DNA from: Mytilus edulis
Lineage: Eukaryota
DNA: 64,000 nucleotides
NCBI RefSeq assembly: GCF_963676685.1
Contig: NC_092355.1
Coordinates: 63,922,001-63,986,000, forward strand
Direction: 5' to 3'
Made by a program: the position numbers and the translations under genes. This document shows positions 13,331-26,166 of this stretch, one piece after another. The number at the start of each line of letters is the position of its first letter. The first letter of the stretch is position 1. Below the pieces are notes generated by a model. It made no database searches, was not told the origin of the DNA, and saw nothing but the letters and a program-made list of their open reading frames with translations.

Positions 13331-16300
13331 ATCTTTTAATGTTCCTTGTTGTCGTTTGTTGATGTGATTCATTAGTGTTTCTCGTTCTGTATATATATTA
13401 GACCGTTGTTTTTCCCGTTTGAATAGTTTTACACTAGTCATTTTGGGGACACTTTATAGCTTGTTGTTTGGTGTGAACCAAGACTCTGTGTTGAAAACCG
13501 TACTTTGACCTATAATGGTTTTTATTTTAAAAATTGTGACTTAGAAGGCGAGCTGTGTCATTGGCACTCATACCACATCCTCTTATATCTAGAGAAACGT
13601 AAACAAGCTTCACATTTGAAGTTCATTTTTAACTGAAATGCCACATTACGTTCATTCCAAATAATAGAGAAATCTGTCTCAAAATGAACAAAGTGATCAG
13701 CAATATCAGTCTCAAACCTATTTTGACTATACATTTACCAAATAAACCATACAATAAAAATAAAAGACCACAGGATCAATTAAACACTTAAATTTTCAAA
13801 ACTTGTCTCCTAGAGACAGTCGTATCTAATTCCACCAAGCACTGACTCAAATGTCTGCTTCTGTTTTTCCAAAATAATGTATTTCAGTTAAAAACAGAAA
13901 AATTTCTGTAAAATTCAACATCAACCTCGCGGGACCAAAATTTAGCATGGGTTATTCTGATTGAGATGCGGAGATGTGGACCACAGCTTGTTCTAGTTGT
14001 AAACAGAGACGATGGATGCCAAATGTTAAAGCAATTGGTATCTAAATAGCTAAGTAAATACCAACCAAAAAAAAACATAACAAAATATAAAATTAATTTT
14101 TATCTAGTTAAGAAATGGAGCATTCAATGACTTCCAAAATAAGCAGTATTTAGAAGGAATATGGCATATTCATCAACCTTATACAGGGAGACTGGGAAAA
14201 GAACAGCTTTCCTAGGTGTTGTTTTTATATTTACACCTTTTCTAGGTTGTCAACGAGGGTATCACCAAACCCGTAGCCAGTGCATGAAAGTACGAAATTT
14301 TATGTTAATAAAATTAAGATTTATGTTAATAAAATTTCCTGTTACAATATCTTTTATTTACTTTTCATTCAGGAATAACTCTCTCGGCTTCGGTTACACT
14401 ATTCTGTCGTTGAGTGCTTTATAGTGAATATTGTAATTGCTTTCAGCTATGCATAATCCTTTGTAAGGCCACAACTAATACGTGTTATGAAGAACGGGCA
14501 TGATTATGCTTTGATCAATATAGAAGCATGTTGCTCGGATCTTATATAATTAATGTACATTAACTGTTTAAAGAAGTTTACAAATGTTTTGCAACGATGC
14601 AAATACTAATCTTGGGAGTAAAAATAAATATCTCTATCAATGAATTCAACATACCAATATCTATTTCATTTAACAAATATGTAGAAAATACTTAGTTAAC
14701 CTGAATGTAAATAACAAAATAAGGAAATATAAAATTCATGGTTTTTAACAAGGAAAATAACAATTGCATAATAATCCTGCGCCACATCACAAAATTTTGC
14801 TGGTGCGTTGTTGTTCTCCTATCTTTTCGGGGTTAGGTAATAAATGTCAATTTACGGGTTCACACATACACACATGTGTATTATATTTAAAGCATAAAAA
14901 CAAAATTTCTAAAGTGTAAACAATGAATGAAAAAATGATTTGATTATCTATTTTCCAATATCTTTTATATCAATTTCTTAATCCTTTTTAGAGCATTTTT
15001 CATTTTGTCACACGATTACTAAAATTGAAAAATGCTACACACAAAAACATTTTCATTTTTGAGAAAATTTTCTAAAAATGAAAATTCAACCCATATGGGG
15101 CATTTTCCATTTTTCAATATTTCAAGGCAAATTGAAAAATGCTCCACGTTGGAGCATTTTTCATTTTTCAAATTTGAAAGACAAATTGAAAAATGCTCCA
15201 CGATGGAGCATTTTTCATTTTTCAATTTTTAAGTTAAATTGAAAAATGCTCCACGTTAGAGCATTTTTCATTTTTCAATTTTTTAAAGCAAATTAAAAAA
15301 TGCTTAAGTTAGCAATTTCAATATTGTGATTTTAAGAAGGAGATTGAAATTTGTTTTTTTTTCTAAAACTATCAAATTCAAATGTTTTAATTTATTCAAA
15401 ATGTTGATCAGATGAAGTTTTTTTTTAACGCAAACTTATCATTACTGTTTATATTATCCTCTTGGAATCAAATAATGTAATCTCATGAAAATAACAAATT
15501 TCAAATTTCATAACGAAAGTGAATTTTAAGAAGTGACTTTATCAAATTTTTGTTACATTTATCAAACAAATTAACTTTAAAATTTGTAGAGTATTTTGCA
15601 AAATTTATATTTCAGTTTAAAATGAAAAATGTTTGGCGTAAATATACACGGTCTGTTCAGTATGCGCTTTTTTGTGATTTTACTTTTTTCAATTTCTAAG
15701 TCGATTAAAAACATTTAAAAACTGATATGACTCTACGTATACTAATTTGATTTGTTATAAACAAGTGCATGAAGTTATCTATATTTTGCTGTCAGAATGT
15801 CAAAAAGCATAACAAATCAGTTATCAGACCAATTGAACTATGCACAACAAGTACATTATACCACTCAATCCCATTTTGATGTACCTGTATCCTAAAACTA
15901 TCATAGGCGTTACGAATTCAATTGCTAAAATATACAACAACCTAAAAATTTATAAATAAATGTAATTTAAGGGTAATCACATTTCAAAATGAATTATGTG
16001 TGTACCTTTATTTTTTATGCGATACTAGTATTTGCTCATTTTCATTTAAAGTCGTATGTCGCATAATTAACGACATTGACAATTCATCTCTCTTGCATGA
16101 TGCTCGACATCAACATATTTGAAAATCAAAAACCTTGTAAACATTGAGGAGCTAATCAAACAACACTGGAGCGTAAAGCCAAAACATAACAAGGAATCAG
16201 AGTTTTCATCAAGTTAGAAAATTAGAACCTCAATGAACAAACCAAGTCTGAAGGATATTACATGATAAACATGTATGTGACTCATTAAACATTCAAGAAG

Positions 16301-17184
16301 ACTTTGAAGATATTTTATGTACAATGAAAAGTAATGTAAACATCAATCAATAATGACATACGATAAACACATGTAGATTTGATCAACCTGAAGGATTTAC
16401 CTGCTACGATGTTGTTAGAAAAATCGCGTTTTTTTTTGGTGTTTTTATTATATTTGAATTGTGCTCAATGAAATTTGTTCACTAGTGCTGATAAATTTCA
16501 GGAATCCAAGAATGTAGCCTTTCAATTGGTGGAAAAGATTGACCACTTCATTAAACAAGAAGAAATTAAGATTGAAGTATTAAAAAGGTAACCATTAGAT
16601 AACTCGTCAATTTTATGAAACTATCTGACAACATTCGATCATTTATATCTATAATAGTTTATAGACAGGTTTTTGAAATATTTTAGAAGGTCAACTTCAA
16701 CAATGAACTTGTACATCGTCTTTTACTAGCATGTGAAATATTGAAAGAGATATATCATAAAATGTGTACTAACATATGCAGCACGATGAATGTCACATGT
16801 GGAGCAGGATTTGCTAACCAGTCAGGAGCATCTGGGATTCCCCCAGGTAATGGTGTTGTTCGGGTTTGTGTTTTTTAGACTATAATTTGAAGCAAGTTTT
16901 ATAAATTTACAGTAGTACACAGTATTTTATAATTAGATTGATACAAGATCATTTACACAATATTTTGAATATGGATAACACACTGATTTTTTATATCAAA
17001 TGTTTCTAGCACAACGTATTTAATATGTTGTTTTCATCTGAACCGAGTTAGCACAACGCATTTTATATTGTAAGGTATCATTTGAACCATCAACAACATT
17101 ACTTCTAGGAGGTTATCAGATCCCAAAGGTTTAATACTTTAATACATTAATCATTTGATCCATTTGGCAACGTAATATTCACAG

Positions 17185-17388
17185 GGAGGATGGGGATCGG
17201 AGGGGTCCTGATCCCTAAATCCCAGGCTTAAAAACATGAAATCCCGAGGTCCCGAATTTAAAGAAATTTAAATCTCGACATCTCGAAATTCGCAAAAAGA
17301 ATTCCCGGATCCCAAAAGGATCAATCCCTAAATTCCGAGCTAAAAAACACCCGATCCCGGTTTCCCGATAAAGATCCGACCCCCTCTT
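17185..17388. repeat. Short GC-richer dispersed repeat (MITE-like) with ATCCCG sub-repeats; inverted partial copy at about 11860-11937
   Basis: TCGGAGGGGTCCTGATCCC.AAATCCC.GGCTTAAAAACATGAAATCCC is the reverse complement of 11880-11932. Confidence 0.6.
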
Positions 17389-18825
17389 TACAAATAGCTG
17401 TAAATGATCAGTTTACAATCTTCCAATTTAGATAATTCCTCATGCAGTTCATGCAGTTCTTACCGTCTATTTTCAAAGTTTGCAATTTAATTGTCCTGAT
17501 AGCTTTGCAGTGCATGTTTATCTTCTATAACAATTTATATTCAAGGAAGTTTGCTACTCAGTTTCAAAATAGATAGCTGTTCATAAAACTAGTATATATG
17601 GATAGGAGATTATTTAAGCAAAACAGCAAAAAAAATATATATATATAGGTCAATGTGCTTGTTTTCGAGATACAAGTCATTGAAATTTTGTCGGAAAATG
17701 TTCTCTCTTGATTTTTCATACTTTATTAATGACAAGTAAAAGTTCTCAAAAACTATTAAAAAATCAATTAGATTTCTTTAGATTTTTACAAATGGCTAAT
17801 AATACTGTAAAAGATTATAAAAAGAAAATCGGGGGTCCATGGGAATTTTTTTTAAGGCATTCAAATAAATAAAACCAGATGATTTCGAAAATGTGACAAA
17901 AATTCCAAAACATGACAATATGATAGGAATTTGCGAGTTAACATTTGTAAAAAAAATGTAGTTAAACAGATGAACACATATATGTGAAATAGCCAATATT
18001 AATCTATTAAATTAAACGATAAAATTCGCTATTATTACAAAAGTATCTACAATAACACATAAAAAAAAAAAAAAAAACGGGACAAAGAGAATTCAGGGAT
18101 TCGAACGTAAACCGATATATTCCAATCTTTAACTCTTTTATCTTCACCATGTTAAGCTCGCGGCTATCAACTTATACTATACGTTTGCCTATTATGTATA
18201 TATAAAAGTACATGCCCTGTGTGTCCGTTGTACCGATGTATATCATATGTTCATTTATATATATATCTAATAGACATTTAAATCGTAACATATTGGAAGC
18301 CGAGAGGTTCCGTCGATATGTTGATGTCAGTAGCACATAACAGATTTCGAGGACGGGTTCGATTCCCAGTGAAGGCATAAGAAATTACAAAATTTAAAGG
18401 TATGTTTTAATTAGTTCCATTAGTGAACAGAAATCAGTAAAAATTAGACAATTCAAACTGAATGAAATTTGCTTTGTAATGCCTAGCTCTTAATATATAC
18501 TGCTATTTCAGTAGCAAAGCCCTGACCAACAAACCTATAAAACCATCGGTGAAGTGGAGCTTCAAGCTTGAAATGTTGTAATAATTAATTGATTGATTGT
18601 GTGTTATTCAAGGTCAGGTGACACATATGTCATGCATGTTTTGGATGAGAACAATTAAACTATAAATGAAAAAAGATGAAACTGTGACTTGAATCGACTT
18701 TGATAGTGTAAGAGTTAGCAACACGACAGCTTGTAGAGAAGGGTCTGCTTACACTTCCGATGCACCTAAAATCACCCACAGCTTTTGGTGGAAATCGTTT
18801 TGCTCAGTCTTTAGTTTTCGTATAG

Positions 18826-19427
18826 TGTTACGGTCAGAAATCACCTTTAAATTGTAGCCAACAAAAGACACAAATCAATAATAAAATTTAACAAGATTTA
18901 TTATCAAAAGTTTAAAAGAAGTATTACACAAATTTTACTAACAACTTAACAGTCAAAATATGAGTCCAATCTTTTATCTTTATCTGTATCCGGAAATCTT
19001 TCGGAATCCAATTTGAATATTACGTTAACTACTAAGGTCACAATCCAGTATGATGTTGTTTGTAGAATAAAAGTGTCAATCCAAATGCTATTAATACCAA
19101 TGTCTATCGATGTCTAAGTCTGAGAGTTTAACTTTAGTGTCTGTATATAAAGTTGTCACACAAATTTCTAGAACACTCTAGAAATTGAACGTCCTAGAAA
19201 GTTACTACGGAAGTTTCTAGTAAAATGTAGAAGTTTAAAACATGCATTTTTTATAAGGATCATTCTGGAATCATCATGAAAGTCAAATGGAAAGTTCCAA
19301 TCATTCTGTGATTGTTCCAGTGATTTCTAAACTCCGCTGTTATAAGATTATTTGGTTAACAGATATCAGGCCACACAACACAGATCTGGCCAACATAAAT
19401 AAATACAATAATCACAATAGCATAACA
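18826..19427 (-). mobile_element. Solo LTR (602 bp), probably Gypsy-type
   Basis: TGTTA...TAACA termini with flanks ATAG/ATAC (4-bp TSD, one mismatch). It splits a Penelope-family 3' fragment that resumes after it. On the minus strand a TATA-like TATATA lies near 19145 and AATAAA near 18900; CTAGAA-type repeats sit in the U3-like part. Confidence 0.65.
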
Positions 19428-20274
19428 ATACTATTGTTCGTCTGTCGTTCTTGTTCATTTTTAATCATAGCGTTATCAGTTTATTTTCGACTTATAAGTT
19501 TGATTTTTCCTTCGGTATCTGTTGCCCCTCTTTTATCATTTTAGTCGCTATCATGGCAAATAAATCAAATAAAAAGTATACAAGTGTTTTAATATGATAC
19601 TGAAAGACATAAAGGTAACAGTAGTATACCACTGTTCGAAAGTCATAAATAGATTGAGAGAGAACAAATCAAGGTTACAAACAAAAACCGGGGGAAACAC
19701 ATCAACTATAAGAGAAGAACTATAAGATGAAAACAACGGAACAGAAGTGCAACAAAAACAAAAACCAACATACATTGAAATGTCAGTAAGATATTAAGGA
19801 TAACCAGATTTAAAATGTTACAAAAAGATGATTGTAACCTATTTAATTGTTTAAAATCTTATATAATAAGTAAATGTAGAGCATGATGCCAAAGCTCAAC
19901 AAGAAAGGTCTTTAATTGTATAAATTAAGGCAACAGTAGTATACCGCTGTTCAAAATTCATAAATCGATAGAGAAAATACAAATCCGGGTAACAAACTAA
20001 AACTGAGGGAAACGTATCAAATATAAGAGAACTACGACACAACAAAACCAGAACACCAAAATGTAAGCGTGCTCCAAGCTCATGGATATAATTTTAGTGG
20101 AAACCTTTATTTGAATTGTATTGATTGGCCGTTGCTTACTTAACGTCCTGTTGGAATTATCTTAAAATATATAGAACAATCGATAAAAAGATATGTGTTG
20201 CAAAGTTGGTCAACAGACATATAGGGCAGAAATCTAGTCATCCAGTTGTATTGAGTAGATGCGAGAAATTTATT

Positions 20275-20450
20275 CCCGTTTGAATGGTTTTACACTAGTA
20301 ATTTTGGGGCCCTTTATAGCTTGTTGTTCGGTGTAAGCCAAGGCTCCGTGTTGAAGGCCGTACTTTAACCTATAATGGTTTACTTTTTAAATTGTTATTT
20401 GTATGGAGAGTTGTCTCATTGGCACTCATACCACATCTTCCTATATCTAT
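20275..20450. repeat. Abundant dispersed repeat ending GAGAGTTGTCTCATTGGCACTCATACCACATC..TATATCTA
   Basis: Copies at 1-68, about 13350-13590 and 53100-53307, degenerate at about 11440-11600 and 46170-46300. Confidence 0.75.
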
Positions 20451-22890
20451 ACATTGTCGGAAGATATGAAATTTATTTTTTATAGCTTTATAAACATAAC
20501 GAAAAGCGAGTCTAACCGAGCTTTTCTACTATTCGTTGCGAGTACAAATACATTTTATATTTCTTGCAATGTACATATATTGTTTTTATCCTTCAATTAA
20601 TCCCGGAACATGAGCATTCGTTGTTTAAATCCGAATCATTGCCTTTGATTTTTCAAAGAAATCAACATATTTGAAACGCGTACTGCGAAGTGGACCACAA
20701 AATGAACTTTTCCTCAGAAAGAAAAAAAAGTGGGTAACAGGAGACTTTATTTGTACAAATAAAGCAAACATTTATTTGTGAACCTTTTATTTGTACAATA
20801 GTTATCTAATAGCAGGATAAAAGCAGATATTTGATCATAATATTGGCTACCTGCTGACCCTAAAAACTGTTGCAACCATTCGTAAATACAAAGACCTTGA
20901 CACACTCCATACATGAGGCTTCTGTTTTCTAGTCACCCTGCAAGTGCAATAATGCTGTAATTATTGTGTGAATTCATAATTGCAAACTGCGCGATTAATA
21001 CTTACGATTAAAGGAATGTTTGCATACAGTTATACTGTTATATGTATAAATTTTAAGATTGGGAGTTCTTATAATAGTGATACTCAACCCTCAACCAGTC
21101 GTGGTATTAGTATAGATAAAACCCTCGTGAAAATTTCTTAATTGACAGTAATCCTTGTTCTTAGTGTATGTCAATGTAAGCAAATGAGGCCTCTCAAGCG
21201 GGTGTAAGAGTAATCACATAGTCACTATTGTTTTGCCTAGATAATCACATAATCATTAATATCGTTTTTAAACAAGATGATCAAATAATCAAAATTCTAG
21301 ACCTGGATTATCAAATCATCAAATAATCAGGAAATATTTGGTCTGGTTATCAAATAATCACTTTAAAAACGGCAAGTGATCACGTAATCAAAAAACCAAT
21401 GCTAGCAAATGTCTAAAATGATTAATGAAAATAAAAATAAATAATTCAATTTTAGGTTGCACGTGTGAATACAGCTGTTTCCCAAACCACGCTTCTTTTT
21501 GGAGAGATATTCAAAGATATTTTGTTTTGTTTACTTACTGGTTCCCATATACATGTATGATATCTATGTTTCATCTTATAAAGACATAACTTGAGACAAT
21601 AACAATCAAAAACCAAGGAGTAAACAAAGACTCATAAAACCAAAGGACATTTACATCAACAGTTATAAACAAAAAAATAAGAAACAACACGAACTCCACT
21701 TAAAACCGGGAATGAAAGCAGGTGCTCCGGAAGGGTAAGCATTTCCTGCACTGCATACGGCACCCGTCGTGCTATTTCTTTGTTCAGTTCGGTTAATGAT
21801 AGCAGGCAGACTCGCTAAGCCCTACCCATCCTGTCTGATCATTTCCAAAGTCAGGATTGAAAAGCATACCACAACATCTTATTATATATTTACTTTTGGG
21901 ATGTTTGTTATAAATCACCGTTGAACAACAATAGATATTTTAGGTTGCATCAAATGAACATCGATGGTGATGAAGAATGAAATTCTAGAACGTGCAGCAG
22001 ATATTGAGTTAGAACCAATCCGTTACTTTGGAACTTTCAATTCTCTGTTATTTTGATTTTTTATTAATTGTTTCATGAGTTTTTTCAATTGGTTGGAGCA
22101 AAATGAAGATTGAGTACTGAAAAAAAAAACTTTTAAAAGGATGAATAAAATTGTGGGCAAGGTCAAAAATCTTTTCTTCAAATAATTGCCAATTATTTCT
22201 TATTCTGGAAACTCGGTCCATAATCTCTTTTTTGTCTTTAAATATTAAATATATAAAAAAAAAGACGATGTTGTATGATAGCAAATGAGACGACTCTCGA
22301 AAAATCACCAATTATCACAGAAATTAATAGCTATAGGTCACCAATATTAATTAAACCGGATATTTTACAATAAATTTGCAAGATGCCGATCTGTTCTGAT
22401 TAGAAAATGATACCTGACATAGTTTAAAGAAGGTATCGAATGATATTAACTATCAACAAAATATTTATACACTTTTCGTGTGAATCACAGGACTGGTGTA
22501 AATGAAAAATCCTTCCCGAGGTCGCTAGAAACTACATGTTTAGAAGTTCAAAATTACAAAATATTTAAAGGCAAAATAACCAAAAGAAAATACAATTGAC
22601 TATCTTTAACATTACCAATCTCAATTTTATGTTTAAAAAAATATTGCCACAATTTAAAATAAAATACATTTAATCTTTAGCAATTTTTATTTCACTCAGA
22701 TTATTCATTGCATGAGAACTGGACACAATGTAATGATAATACATTGTTGATAAACATTGATATATTAAAGATAAGGCTGTGATAAATGATACGTTCTGAA
22801 CAAGTTCATGCAAACAGTGTTACACTTTTCCACATGTGTTGAAACAAAAATAAGCCTGGTAGATCGCACTACAAAGAAATATATGTCGTA

Positions 22891-23033
22891 CAGCTTTTAG
22901 TTCCTCAATGCTTTTCAACTTTGTACTTGTTTGGTTTTATAACAATTTTGATCTGAGCGTCACTGGTGAGTCTAATGTAGACGACATGCGCGTCTGGCGT
23001 AATAAATTATAATCCTGGTACTTTTAATAACTA
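22891..23033 (+). repeat. Retrozyme-like repeat fragment with degenerate hammerhead (22957-23000)
   Basis: GCGTCA-CTGGTGA-GTCTAATGTAGAC-GACATGCGCGTC-TGGCGT: same scaffold as the intact copy, with core substitutions. Confidence 0.7.
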
Positions 23034-23719
23034 TTTTAGAACATGATATTTTGAATTTGTGAGTGTCCTTTTAAATCTACATAAATGTGAACTCAAAATT
23101 CTGGGGACGACTATGCACATAAATAACAAAGCAACTGTGAGCTGAAAATTAATATATACATGTAGCAACAATTGGCCAATATCCGTTGAAAACATTGTCA
23201 GGTTTTATAATGCTAAAATAGGCTACACTTGACTAGTAAATTAAGAGACATTTAGTTTACTCCTTGTCATGAGAACTTTTTAACTTAATCACCCCTTAAA
23301 AAAGTCGTTTGTCTAAAGGATTTTTCTTGATTTAATTTCACAATAAACCCTTACATCTGAACTTTTAAAACAAGGATTGCACAATAAGGTAGTCATTTTA
23401 CGACCTATACACAGGGCACTTTTATGTTGTGCTAGAAATATGATGCGACCTACATCTCTTTCTTAGTTTTTTTACAACAAATCCTGCACGTGAACAATAC
23501 TTTAGGAAGGACTATATATGCAGGTACTGCTAAAACACGTTTTGCGGTTATAGATAAACCTGGGAATAAGTCATATCACATGGAAGTTTCCGGATAAACA
23601 TATAATTCACGTTGTGAATATATATTATTTTGCTAAGAATTACTAAGGATATTTCAAGGGGAACTAAAGTGAGACGAATTGTAAAAAGAATTTTGAATAT
23701 CTAAAGATTGATTAAAGGC

Positions 23720-23806
23720 TATCGAGTATTCGAGTACTTAAAGTTGCTCGAGTACTCGACCTTCCGAGCGAGTAGTCGAGTACTCGGGTACTCATTGCCA
23801 TCCCTG
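23720..23806. mobile_element. Single end of a hAT-like non-autonomous element
   Basis: Ends TTGCCATCCCTG (reverse complement CAGGGATGGCAA, Ac-like terminus), preceded by clustered TCGAGTA/TACTCG subterminal motifs; partner end not found. Confidence 0.45.
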
Positions 23807-24712
23807 GTATTTACCAAGCATTTTCTTTCCTTTTGTAATTAACGGCCTTTTTAAGAGAACAAATCAATCATTGAATGGTCACACAACGTTTTGTATTCTC
23901 TAATCCATTAATAGTTAATACTTATAAACTATAAACTACTTGACTATATTTGAAAAAGTTACTGAACATAACTTAAGTACACCAGTTATTTAATTAATAA
24001 CTTGTTAAATAGCATAGAAACAATAAAGGTAATGTCACAATTTTAATTTCCAAATGATGATAACAACTAAATCTTTAATTAAAACTGAACATCACAGATA
24101 TAAAGATAGTGGTATCTCCCAGATTCCAAAGTTAATTTACAAAATAAATATGCATTTATTGAAACGAATTATCAAATTGCTTTAAATAACTAGTTTGCTT
24201 ATTTGTAACAAAAAACCAAAAACTCTGGAAACCCCCAAGCTTGCTTATATTACTGATACATTATTTATATGATATATAAACAAACATGAATTTACCGTGA
24301 TTCTATACGGTATTTTTGAAAAGGAGAAATTTCAAATACAGAAGTCCATGGTGATTCGTGAATATAGTTTTGGATTTACGAATAATAAGATATAGGAAGA
24401 TGTGGTTGTTTACATGTAGAAATGAAAACAATGTCAGCTGAAAAATAATCATAACTGATGTTCGCGTCATAATACACTTTAAATGTGGCCGTAAATTTTC
24501 TTGTTTGAAATGTATTCTTATGCCTTTTAAATACTAGTTTTCAGTATAGTTTTTTCCAAATACATAACACATAGAAACGAAGATAATTACTAGTAGTAAG
24601 TTTTCAAATAAAAAATATATAAAATCTAGGCTTTTTCTTTGACATGTTTATATTTGACACACATTGACCACTGGATTAGACTTAACCAATATCAATGTGG
24701 GTAATATTAAAT

Positions 24713-25079
24713 AATAAACTCATCATAGACACCAGGACCACATTTTGATAAATACGCCAGACGCGCGTTTCGTCTTCAAAAGACTCATCAGTGACGCTCG
24801 AATCTAAAAAAATTAAAAAAGAACAAATAAAGTACAAAGTTGAAGAGCATTGAGATCCAAAATTCCTAAAAGTGTTGCCAAATACAGCTAAGGTACATTG
24901 TAATCTATGCCTGAGGTAGAAAAGCCTTATTATTTCAAAAAAATAAAAATTTTGTATACAGTTAATTTATAAATAAAACAATATCAATGATAATTCATGT
25001 CAGCACAAAAAGTTCTGACTACTGAGCTTTTGATACCCACGGGGAAATAAATCTCCATCAGCAGTGGCATCGACCCAGT
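24713..25079 (-). mobile_element. Non-LTR retrozyme-like monomer (~370 bp) carrying a hammerhead ribozyme
   Basis: Homologous to 22891-23033, 26621-26740, 53457-53595 and short pieces at about 28060 and 52720; non-coding; contains an intact type I HHR. Confidence 0.72.
24754..24797 (-). ncRNA. Minimal type I hammerhead ribozyme, intact core
   Basis: Minus strand reads GCGUCA CUGAUGA GUCU-UUUGA-AGAC GAAA C-GCGC-G UC / UGGCGU: 6-bp stem I, complete CUGAUGA and GAAA boxes, short stem III with a palindromic GCGC loop, and GUC cleavage between 24760 and 24759. Confidence 0.85.
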
Positions 25080-25263
25080 ATACATTGTTCCGATTTAAGG
25101 TTATGCTGTCAATTGATGATTAAACAGAAGATGTTTAATTTTTATTTAGTTTATTTAGTGTATAAAAAACATTTCTTACATAGCATATATACACTATGTA
25201 TATCGGAAGATATCATCCATGCCCTTTGTGAAGTTTGTATTTATACTAAGAATGTCAATGAAT

Positions 25264-25330
25264 AATCGAGTATTGGAGTACACTCGGTAGAATCGAGTAT
25301 TGGAGTACACTCGGTAGAACCGAGTATCGA
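25264..25330. repeat. 27-bp tandem repeat (about 2.5 copies)
   Basis: AATCGAGTATTGGAGTACACTCGGTAG twice plus a partial copy. Confidence 0.8.
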
Positions 25331-25390
25331 ATACCAAAAACGATACTGGACACTTTCTTGTTAGAATATTGCTTTCTTCTTTATGTAACA

Positions 25391-26166
25391 CTAGAACACA
25401 CCCGTGATATCGCGGGTCCGTGACTGAATTAAAGTATATAACTATATGCGCAAGCCTTATTTTAATATTAGTATTGTCATCTGATAAAGTCATGCCGATT
25501 ATAAGATACACAGTTTTCTCTGCTTTCAAATCTTTCTGTTTGAACCCGTCGAACTGGAACTTATCAATTATTGGTAATATTAATTATTTGGAAAACAAAA
25601 AGTCCTGGAATGGAGTATTTTCTAATCAACAGCATTGTCCTATATTAGTTTTAAATAAAGTTAAATTCTTTGATTCGACAGTTTACGTCATGCCCGTAAA
25701 ACAGCGTCATGCCCGCTAACAAATTGAAAACTGTACCTATACGCCTTATTTTTAGTCCATATTTTTAGTATTCGTATTGTTATCTTAGAAAGTCTTACTG
25801 ATTAAAATACTACAATAGGTAACAATTTGACAATTTAGTAGTGTCAACCCTGTGATAATGACCCGTGTTTATAGCATATTAATCCTGAATACACCGTTTG
25901 GTGGTGCGCCTGTCAGATGCGGAACGTACAGATAAGGTAATAGGTAACATGTGAATATACTATTGGTATCGGTATCGGACTCGACCCGGAACTTCTTAAT
26001 TATTGGCAATATTAATTACGTGGAAAACAAAAGGGCCTGGAATGGTGTAATTCTTAATCTACACTTTAGTACTATATAAGTTATATATATAAAGTCGAAT
26101 TATTTGATCCATCGTTTTTACGTGATGACGGCTGACAAATTGGACCTCGTTTTTTAGTATTAAAGA
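25391..26166 (-). mobile_element. Non-autonomous Helitron (776 bp)
   Basis: On the minus strand: 5' A|TC at 26166; 3' hairpin ACCCGCGATATCACGGGT followed by GTGTTCTAG|T at 25391. Inserted in an AT dinucleotide with no TSD; internal ~155-bp duplication (about 25545-25700 vs 25980-26140). Confidence 0.8.

Larger units (their letters stand above)
7053..15654 (+). mobile_element. 8.6-kb DNA transposon with ~600-bp imperfect TIRs and 6-bp TSD (IS3EU-like / integrase-fold DDE), decayed
   Basis: CCGTGTAYATTTACGCCAAACATTTTTCATTTTAAA at both ends in inverted orientation, with homology continuing about 600 bp. GTTCAG is duplicated at 7047-7052 and 15655-15660. Removing the element restores the host repeat (..CCTCRGAGTTCAGTAT..TTGTGATTTTACTTTT). 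Contains transposase exon relics. Confidence 0.8.

Noticed and set aside
13870-14230. Possible exons of a second, minus-strand gene inside the long-TIR element
   Set aside because: Short open stretches without a recognisable motif.
15019-15232. Overlapping ORFs with KCS..EHFS repeats
   Set aside because: Translation of the 54-bp palindromic subterminal units.
7053-15654. Polinton/Maverick call
   Set aside because: No pPolB, ATPase, protease or capsid remnants seen, the left end reads CG rather than AG, and the transposase relic is spliced and of the HxDQNE type.
16090-16780. Coding-like purine-rich stretch (KIKNLVNIEELIKQHW.., KVNFNNELVHRLLLACEILKEIY)
   Set aside because: Many stops and frameshifts and no family I can recognise; BLASTx would be needed.
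18295-18378. tRNA gene (GGTTCGATTCCC B-box, A-box-like AGCCGAGAGG)
   Set aside because: No acceptor or anticodon stems can be formed; at most a tRNA-derived remnant inside a repeat.
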